From Octopus vulgaris (Eukaryota), in assembly GCA_951406725.2 (NCBI GenBank), contig OX597819.1, positions 17,112,001-17,176,000 of the forward strand: DNA of 64,000 bases, read 5' to 3'. Positions within the stretch are counted from its first letter, which is position 1. Every line of letters starts with the position of its first letter. Position numbers and translations under genes: made by a program. Shown here in pieces: positions 54,427 to 64,000 of the stretch. Under the pieces are notes generated by a model. That model saw nothing but the letters and a program-made list of their open reading frames with translations. It was not told where the DNA came from and ran no database searches.

Positions 54427-55589
54427 AAACTCTGGCAGACCCCATGCTGGACGAGGAGGAATCGATCAAGCTTCTTGGCGAGTCATCGCTCCTATTTACT
54501 GGTGGTATTGAGCACGAGACGACTACATTTACTTTCACTTTCACTTCTGCTTTTCCAAACTATGGTGCTCTGGAAACAACGGTAATTTCAATAGCTATAT
54601 TCTTTACTGTCGGAACCTATTGTTACTGTTGTTGTCGCTACACTCAGTTTTCCTTTCCTTTCCCTCTTCTTTTCGAACGATCCAAGGTTCAATATCGCTA
54701 ATCGTAATAGCTGTGATTCCCCACGGGCCACCACCAAACTATGTACATTAGTGAGTGATGCATGAGTTGTGCCTGTCTTTTACAATATTTTCGTTTTTTA
54801 AAAGGACACACTCTTCCATTTGCCCTGTCCCGGTCGAAGAAAAACTCATTCTGTCCTACATTGGCCAGAATTCCATCCGAATCCAATTTTGAGGACAGCA
54901 GAAAACAACCGCTACTTTTTTTTTTTTTCGAATGAGAGATACCTCATCTTCCATCTTATTTTTCCCGAAATAAATATTCCTGGAGCAAAGAGGCACTCAC
55001 GTTTGTACCATGATTTTTCCACGCTTTTGCTTTTGGAGCAGAACGAAGTTTTGTCATTCTTTTTGACTTGCAGCACCAATGACGAATGTGTTGTTGTTGC
55101 TGTTGTTATTGTTGGTTTTGTTATTGAAACACCTGTAAATGTCGTATAAAATGCGTTTTTCCTTGTCAAATTGTGAACCTTCTTGTATAACCATATCTGT
55201 TTGATTCATTACCAAAGATTTGCTGCTATTTTGATACAACCTCACCACTATCAACATTGAGGTTAGCAACTCCTCCGCTACCTCAGTTGTGACCATATTG
55301 AACAACATATAAACGAAACAAAATAGATATTTGCAGATATAGAAGATTTCTAAGGATGTCCGTTAGTTTTCTCTACTAGAGGAATGAGAGAGACGTTCAA
55401 ATGTATGTTGGTAAAAAAGTCATTTTCCAACAAAGAAACGTGGAGAATCCAATTTTTTCAAAGCTATAAGTATTTGTTGATGGGATCTCAGAATTTCTGA
55501 GCCTGGCACAGCGGGTTGTTTCGGAAGAGAAAACTTCAGAAAACGCAGACAGTATTAGATGTAATTTTCAAAAAATGGACAAATAAATA

Positions 55590-56002
55590 GGCGCAGGAGT
55601 GGCTGTGTGGTAAGTAGCTTACTAACCAACCACATGGTTCCGGGTCCAGTCCCACTGCGTGGCATCTCGGGTAAGTGTCTTCTGCTATAGCCCCGGGCCA
55701 ACCAATGCCTCGTGAGTGAATTTGGTAGACGGAAACTGAAAGAAGCCTGTCGTATATATGTATATACATATATGTATGTGTGTGTGTGTGTGTGTGTTTG
55801 TGTGTCTGCGTTTGTCCCCCTAGCATTGCTTGACAACCGAAGCTGGTGTGTTTACGTCCCCGTCACTTAGCGGTTCGGCAAAAGAGACCGATATAATAAG
55901 TACTGGGCCTACAAAGAATAAATCCCGGGGTCAATTTGCTCGACTAAAGGCGGTGCTCCAGCATGGCCGCAGTCAAATGACTGAAACAAGTAAAAGAGTA
56001 AA
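55590..56002 (+). mobile_element. tRNA-derived SINE family D, full length
   Basis: GGCGCAGGAGTGGCTGTGTGGTAAG...GGGTCCAGTCCC head, internal (TA)/(TG)n, tail GACTGAAACAAGTAAAAGAGTAA. Confidence 0.88.
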
Positions 56003-56184
56003 TAGAAATAAGAACAAACGTGCAACGAACAACCACAGCCTAGACCTTCGTTCTGCTTCTCAGCGGAGAGAGATAGGACCGTATCTGACCTATTTCTCAT
56101 TGCTACTTTGAAACTAAAATAGAAGTCGGCCTACCTCTGTAAACGTATACCTTCAACGACGATGATCGTGAGCGTACGCTTGCC

Positions 56185-56620
56185 TATGTATGTATGTATG
56201 TATGTATGTATGTATGTATGTATGTATGTATGTATGTATGTATGTATGTATGTATGTATGTATGTATGTATGTATGTATGTATGTATGTATGTATGTATG
56301 TATGTATGTATGTATGTATGTATGTATGTATGTATGTATGTATGTATGTATGTATGTATGTATGTATGTATGTATGTATGTATGTATGTATGTATGTATG
56401 TATGTATGTATGTATGTATGTATGTATGTATGTATGTATGTATGTATGTATGTATGTATGTATGTATGTATGTATGTATGTATGTATGTATGTATGTATG
56501 TATGTATGTATGTATGTATGTATGTATGTATGTATGTGCATGCATGCATGCATGTATGTATGTATGTATGTATGTATGTATGTATGTATGTATGTTTGTA
56601 TGTATGTATGTATGTATGTG
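56185..56620. repeat. Long (TATG)n microsatellite
   Basis: Seen directly; about 350 bp uninterrupted. Confidence 0.97.
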
Positions 56621-56727
56621 TGTATAAATGTATGTATGTATGTATATATGAAAGCATGTATGTATGTATGCATATGTATGTGTATGCGTGTATATATGTA
56701 AGTGTATGTGTGTGTGTGTAAGTGAAC

Positions 56728-56774
<47 letters not shown>

Positions 56775-57385
56775 CGTGTGTTTGTGTCTATACACACACA
56801 CAGCGGCACGAATCAGTCGTAGAATCACTAAATATGTATATGCGGTGAATTTGAAATTTTTAAAGAATGTCTTTGATTGCAAAATTCCTGTATTCTTCCA
56901 AAGGAATCGGTTTCTTTATGATATAATGTACTCAATGATCAATTAAACAATTCGTTACAAACAGCTGTAACGAACTGACACCTGTCCATCAGTTGTTACT
57001 TAAACAGCAACCCACCCACCTTTGTACGTACGTACGTACGTACGTACCTACCTACCTACCTACCTACCTACCTACATACCTACCTACCTACTATAACTAT
57101 ACATATATATGTATATGAGTAGTTGTCTGTGTGTGTATGTATGTTTATGCTTATGTATGAGTGTGTATGTGTCAGTCTGTATGTGTGTTGTACCTGATGA
57201 TGCTGGATTGTATGTTATGATGTAATCTTTTACTACGATAAATAGAAATACTACCGAAACAACTGTCGTAAATTTCAAAAACCCGTTTACATTTTTATGT
57301 ATATATGTATATATATATGCGTGTGTGTGTGTATCTATATATATATATATTTGTGAGAGAGAGAGAAAGAGAGAGGGTGTATGTA

Positions 57386-57435
<50 letters not shown>

Positions 57436-57442
<7 letters not shown>

Positions 57443-57668
57443 ATTGAATATTAATTAGTAACATCAATTCAAACACCAAGTGGCCTAGCGTATAAAAGAC
57501 TGGGATACAATAAAAATTATTAATACAAAACAATAAGAGAGAGTCCACTATGTGGACGCTCTAACGCCAGATATAGATCCGCAAAGGGAATCCGCCATCA
57601 AAGAATTGTTCTCCCTTTGCGGATCTATATCTAGCGTTAGAGCGTCCACATAGTGGACTCTCTCTTAT

Positions 57669-57674
<6 letters not shown>
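57436..57674. mobile_element. Asymmetric inverted-repeat insertion in (TA)n
   Basis: 63-bp arms at 57527-57589 and 57612-57674 (1 mismatch), 22-nt loop; the left side extends about 90 bp further. Confidence 0.7.
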
Positions 57675-57716
<42 letters not shown>

Positions 57717-58147
57717 AATCTCTCTCTCACACACACATGTTAAATTGATGTTGTTATAGCTAGAATAACAAGGGAACATTTCCTGGTGTGGTGACTTAGT
57801 ACTGACAGCAGAAGTAAATTTATTATAAACCCCTGTTGACTGAAACCTAATATTAATACTACTAATAGTAATGATAATAAACATAATCAAAATATACGTA
57901 CGTACGTATTTCCCTCTCTCTCTCTCTCTCTCACTTTCTCTCTCTTTATTCCGACACCTATACACACACACACACAGACACACACACACACACGCACACA
58001 CACACACACACGCACACGCACACACACACACACACGCTCACACATGTGTCCATGCAGTAAAGTTTGGTAATACTTATTCTTTAACAACTGGACACAATGT
58101 AGAAATCTTACTCATTTGCATTCACTCAAAATATTCCATGATTTATA

Positions 58148-58286
58148 GGTGCAGGCATGGTTTTGTGGTTAAGAAGTTTCCTCCCCAACCATGTGATTTT
58201 GGTTTCAGTTCCACAGTGGGCAAAGGTCCTCCGGTATAGTCCCCGGGGTGACCGACCAAAGTTGATTTGGTAGACGGGAACTGTAG
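58148..58286 (+). mobile_element. SINE family D, 5' part
   Basis: GGTGCAGGCATGGTTTTGTGGTTAAGAAG...GATTTGGTAGACGGGAACTG. Confidence 0.75.
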
Positions 58287-58486
58287 TCATGCCAGCTGTA
58301 CAAACATATATCTGTATCTTTTTTTTTTTTAAATTTTATTCCCCCCCTTTTTTGTCCTCTTTCTTTCCCTTTACGATCCCTTTTGATCGAAAACCAAATC
58401 CCCTTTTTTTTTACCCCCGAAAGAAAAGCTCTACCTTGTAATTTGTCCTGTCTGTGTGCAGCCCTGTGTGGCTAATAAAGAAACTA

Positions 58487-58580
<94 letters not shown>

Positions 58581-58779
58581 CATATATACATACATATATA
58601 TACACATACATACTGCACATATATATATATATATATGTGTATACATCCTTACCCACATACATACATATATATACACACACATACATGCACACACATATAT
58701 ATATATGTATACATACTTACCCACATGCATACATATATATATAATTACCTCTCAAAAGAGACAGCAAAGCCCTTGGACT

Positions 58780-59350
58780 TTTAAGATGCTATTGTAAATG
58801 TAGATTGCCATATTTCTATGGAAAACATCGCACATATGATAAGCAGCTGGCCAAAAATCCCATTGAAGTACTACTTCCCTATGGGACAGGACGTTGTTGC
58901 AAAAGCAATATAGAATGCCATTCGGAAAAAGAGACTGTTGTGGAAAAAATATAGAGGATCCAACTGTCATTGGATACCAGCATAAGGAATACTGGTGGAA
59001 CATTCCATTAAAACATCTGGCAAGTGTGAGCATAATAGGTCGGACATTGTTGTTTGGGATAGACGAGTATGTAACGTCATAGAAGTCAGCTACCCTGCTG
59101 GTGTGAATATCTATTTTGAAAAATCAAAGAGAAGAAAAAAAGACTATGGACAACTACTTCTCCAGCTTCTTTATCCGGATTACAAATTTACATTTATACC
59201 AATGATAATTGGAACACTTGGCTTTGTAAGTAAATACCTAAATCTCAGTCTGGATAAGCTAGGATTTTCAGAAAAAGAAATCAACCAACTGATTCGCACA
59301 TTATGAATACAATCTTTAAGCAGAACAGTAAAACTATGCAAGGCTTAAAA
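58780..59350 (+). mobile_element. RLE-type LINE 3' fragment
   Basis: EYWWNIP...HNRSDIVVWD..CNVIEVSYPA...YPDYKFTFIPMIIGTLG (PD-(D/E)xK-type endonuclease). Confidence 0.8.
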
Positions 59351-60007
59351 TGTGACATTGTTTTCGCTATGTACATTCCAAAGATGGAGCATTTTATTCT
59401 TGTTCGAAACCAGCTCCTTCAGAAGCGTATACTTATACACAGGTGCATCTGCTTGTTACATGATTGCCGTAAATTTCAGCCATGCAAGATATCATTCGTT
59501 TCCAATATTCTTGGAAATCATGTCTGGTCAGGAGGGAATACTACCTTTATTGCTACAGCTGAGGGATGTCAGCAAAAATGCATCCATCTGCAGAAAATCT
59601 GCATTACTGAATTGTCTGACACATGCAAGTATGGAAAAGTGGGCGTTAAAAGAAGGATACAATTTACTTTCGTTATCGAACACTTTTATTCATTAGATAT
59701 GAAAATGTTCTTGACCAAATTCTGAACATTACCTGTAGGTTCCATTAAGAAGTCTAAACCAAAATAATATTTTTTTTCATCTCTAGCGCAATGATCTGAA
59801 ACATACACATTAAATGCATTCAAAATATCATTACTTGGTTTCACTTCGCTATTATACATTCAACGAGTCTGTGCCAGTAGAAGCTAACCAGTCCTGACTC
59901 CATTTACACAGAGACAATAACAACGATTCGGAGTGATTTATTCTGTTCAACTCAAGTCGGAAATGTTAACGTCAGTCTTCTCGAACCATAACACGATATA
60001 TATATAT

Positions 60008-60077
<70 letters not shown>

Positions 60078-60080
<3 letters not shown>

Positions 60081-60148
60081 AAATCCAAACAAGAAAACAA
60101 AAAGACAACAACGCAAGGATGAGGAACAAATAAAGTATTATTGGACGC
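60078..60148 (-). mobile_element. Family H2 3' fragment in (TA)n
   Basis: Matches 37852-37931. Confidence 0.75.
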
Positions 60149-60163
60149 ATATATATGTATATA

Positions 60164-60257
<94 letters not shown>

Positions 60258-60333
60258 CATACATATATATATATACATTCATACATATATATACATATAT
60301 ATATATATATATATTTATATATATGTATATATG

Positions 60334-60400
<67 letters not shown>

Positions 60401-60449
60401 AGATATATGTATATATGTATACATATATATGTATATATATATGTATATG

Positions 60450-60620
60450 TCTTTTACTTGTTTCAGTCATTAAATTACGTCCATGCTGGGGCACCGCCTT
60501 GAAAAAAGTTTTTAGCCGAATGAATTGACAGTGATATTTATTTACGCCTGGTAATTAATATGTTGGAATATTTTGTTGAACCGCTAAGTTAGTGTTCGTA
60601 AACACACCGACTCCAGGACA
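60450..60620 (-). mobile_element. SINE family D, 3' part
   Basis: CTTTTACTTGTTTCAGTCAT...CCATGCTGGGGCACCGCCTT...AACCGCTAAGT. Confidence 0.75.
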
Positions 60621-60814
60621 AACACAGACATAAAAACACACAGCTAGACACACAGACACAGATACACACACATGTATGTACGTGTGTATATATGTATGTA
60701 TGTATGTATGTGTGTATGTATGTATGTATGTATGTATGTATGTATGTATGTATGTATGTATGTATGTATGTATGTATGTATGTATGTATGTATGTATGTA
60801 TGTATGTATGTATG

Positions 60815-60852
<38 letters not shown>

Positions 60853-60854
60853 CT

Positions 60855-61048
60855 CAATCCAAACATTAACAAGCAAGAAAAAACAATAACGCGAGGACGT
60901 GGAACAAGTACAGTGTTATTGGACGCTCAAGAAAGGAAAGAAAGAAGGAGGATTCAACGTTTCGAGCGGAGCTCTTCATCAGAAATATACAAAAAGTCCA
61001 AAGAAGAGAAGACGGAGAAAGAAAACCGCCAACAAATCAACAGAATGA
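60855..61048 (-). mobile_element. Family H2 element
   Basis: Homologous to 37852-38055. Confidence 0.8.
60952..60986 (-). ncRNA. Minimal hammerhead ribozyme motif
   Basis: AUUU-CUGAUGA-A-GAGC(ucc)GCUC-GAAAC-GUU-GAAU. Confidence 0.78.
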
Positions 61049-61316
61049 GATAAAAATCCAAGGCTGTGAATAGTTTTCAGAACGTTTATAAAGAGAAGGT
61101 CTGTATAAATGTTCTGAAACTATTCACAGCCTTAGATTTTTTTTATCTCATTTTGTTAATTTTTTATATATATATACGCATGCTGATATATGACCTACGT
61201 TGGACTCCTCATTCGTATCATTATCCAACCTGCAGCTTAACTATAGTCTGTCCATAGCACTTACTCAGCATTAAGCTGACACCTTTGGGCTTCTTCACAC
61301 CAATACCTTTCATACC

Positions 61317-61548
61317 TATTTCTTTATTACCCACAAGGGGCTAAACATAGAGGGGACAAACAAAGACAGACATAGGTATTAAGTCGATTACATCGACCCC
61401 AGTGCGTAATTGGTACTTAATTTACCGACCCCGAAAGGATGAAAGGCAAAGTCGACCTTGGCGGAATTTGAACTCACAACGTAACGACAGACGAAATACA
61501 GCTCAGCATTTCGCCTGGCGTGCTAACGCTTCTGCCAGCTCGCCGCCG
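61317..61548 (-). mobile_element. SINE family C monomer (tail type 1)
   Basis: TSD ATACCTTT(C/T)ATACC at 61303-61316 and 61549-61562. Confidence 0.9.
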
Positions 61549-61742
61549 ATACCTTTTATACCCTGTACACAAACACACACATATATATCGGTATATGCAT
61601 GCATGTATACACAAACACATGCACATACTTGCATATACGCGCGTACTTATATATCCCAGGTACGGGTCAGTAGATTTGTGTAAGATAGTGAAATAAACAC
61701 GCACATGTTTACATGTGTCTGTGTCTCTGTGTGAGTGTGTGT

Positions 61743-61774
<32 letters not shown>

Positions 61775-61936
61775 ACCTTGTGCTTATATATGCATGTGTA
61801 CGACTTAAATACCTGTCTTTATCTCATATTTATCGCCATGCATACAGCTGTGAAATCAAACTGTGACGAGTTGTTGGCCAGAAAGGTTCACACAACGTCA
61901 ACCTCAATGAAATATGGATAGCAATCAATCTGTCTG

Positions 61937-62019
<83 letters not shown>

Positions 62020-62032
62020 GTCTGTCTGTCTA

Positions 62033-62063
<31 letters not shown>

Positions 62064-62091
62064 TTCTGTCTGTCTGTCTGTCTGTCAGTCG

Positions 62092-62127
<36 letters not shown>

Positions 62128-62166
62128 GGTCACCTGCTGCTCTAATTATACACATATATATACATA

Positions 62167-62202
<36 letters not shown>

Positions 62203-62289
62203 CATACACACACACATATTTATATATACATATATGTACACACACACACAAATGCATACATACGCATACAAACACATACACATAGACGT

Positions 62290-62323
<34 letters not shown>

Positions 62324-62384
62324 CATATATGTGTTTATCAATGCATGTATGCTTAAATTGACATATTTATATGTACTCTGAAAT

Positions 62385-62423
<39 letters not shown>

Positions 62424-62590
62424 CATATAATGTGTGCGGGGGGAGTTGGAGGAGTGTACTTTGTATGTGTGTGTGTATCTGTGAACATATCCTTAAACAT
62501 ACATATAACCATATATGTATGCATGTATATATATGGCTGTTTATATTTATGTATAAATACTTATATATATATATATATATGTATGTGTAT

Positions 62591-62634
<44 letters not shown>

Positions 62635-64000
62635 GTATGTTTATATATATATATGTATGTATATATATATACATATACATGCATACACATACAAGCAACC
62701 ATGCATTCACATGTATATAACTACTTTTGCATACGTGTGTTTGTATATAAGTATGTGTCTATGTGTTTGAATAAATTAAATATATAAATATAAATATATA
62801 TATAAATACATATATACATACATATGTATATGCATATATATATATGTATCTATATATATATATATATGTATACTTGCATATATATATATGCATGCATATA
62901 TACGTATATATGTATATACATACACACATACATGCAGACGTAGAGCCATGTACATGACCTCTGAGTTGAGCAAACGCCAAGTGGGTCTGGAATTGTTTAG
63001 TGAGGCTCAAAACCAGATTTATTGACAATCTATATATTTATTGGCTCTATCAACATTTGTTGTTCAGTCAGCGCTGGTCTTTTCTAAAACCCCACTTGGA
63101 TAATTGCCCAGACTAAGTACTCCACTAATCTCGCACTCTTGTCAGGATTTTAATGAGAAATTACTGTTTGTTTCATCTAAGTCTGGCATTGCTTCTTTCG
63201 AGAAAGAACAAGGCTTTTTCTAGTTTTTTTGTTTGTTGTTTGGTTTTATTGTTAAGTGTTCCGTTATCTCGTTCTAATCAACCTTTTTGTAGAATAGATC
63301 CAGAAAGGAAGAAGTCAAGTGAATTCAAGGAGAAGTTGCAGAGCTTACAATTTTTGTAGCCGCTTTAAATCTAGGCGTGATAGGTCATTGACAGTAACCG
63401 GATTCTACACTTTACCGTCCACTAAAATGTTGTAAGAATAACTCGTTGCTATTATGCAAATGTGTTGTAAGTCCAAACGTTGCTTTTTTCAGAAAACGGA
63501 AAAGTAGCTTCACCATTTCATAGCAAAACCATTGTACTACACTTTGATAATTTTCTATATCTTGGCATCTGAAGCAGCTGGAGATACGATAGTTTGACCA
63601 AAAGAACCGGTTATTGCAAGCAAAAATAAATATTTGAAAAAAAAAAAAAAACGCATTTGGCCAAATTTGGACATGCGAACAGTATTTAAAAAAATCTTAT
63701 TTACAATAGGTCATAGTTAGGATCCTGAGCATGTCATTCACCCAATATTTGAGCCCTGTCTAAGGGCTATTTGAACCAAAATACTTTGAGACGTGTTTAT
63801 ATCTATATTGATAAACAGCTCGTCGTCCATGCTGAACTGTTGACCTTGTCGTTCTCCGTTACGACCTTGAGCAGGCAAAGCAAACAATGGTGATATTGCT
63901 GCAGAACCTGAAAGCAGACTGTTGTTGGAAAGACTACAAGAAATCCTTGGCTCTCTGCACCAGTTCTTCACACAACAGTGAAATGGTCCAAATGCTTTTT

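Noticed and set aside
59303-59725. Overlapping 140-aa and 114-aa ORFs
   Set aside because: No recognisable domain; they begin inside a LINE remnant.
63738-63971. RT-like motif LRQGS
   Set aside because: A single short motif with no neighbouring RT motifs; too weak to annotate.

Overview
Eukaryotic, AT-rich, gene-poor DNA made mostly of microsatellites and transposon debris. The SINE families and repeat density look like an Octopus-type cephalopod genome (inference). No complete host gene is visible; most ORF-track entries are translated microsatellites or transposon fragments. Recognisable content: four tRNA-derived SINE families (my labels A-D), many R4/Dong-like restriction-endonuclease LINE fragments in (TAA)n tracts, RTE and CR1-like fragments, mariner/Tc1, hAT and Helitron derivatives, and one candidate first coding exon at 54344-54426 (-). 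The most notable signal is a set of short non-coding retroelements carrying minimal type-I hammerhead ribozyme motifs. One family joins a tRNA-like Pol III head, an (AAT)n spacer and a hammerhead tail (3 loci, 5 motifs). A second family shows stem I covariation between copies, and a third is degenerate. Several are inserted as asymmetric inverted duplications, as in Penelope-like elements. A five-unit SINE array sits inside a single 15-bp target-site duplication (TSD). Coordinates were read by eye, so the edges of old elements are approximate.
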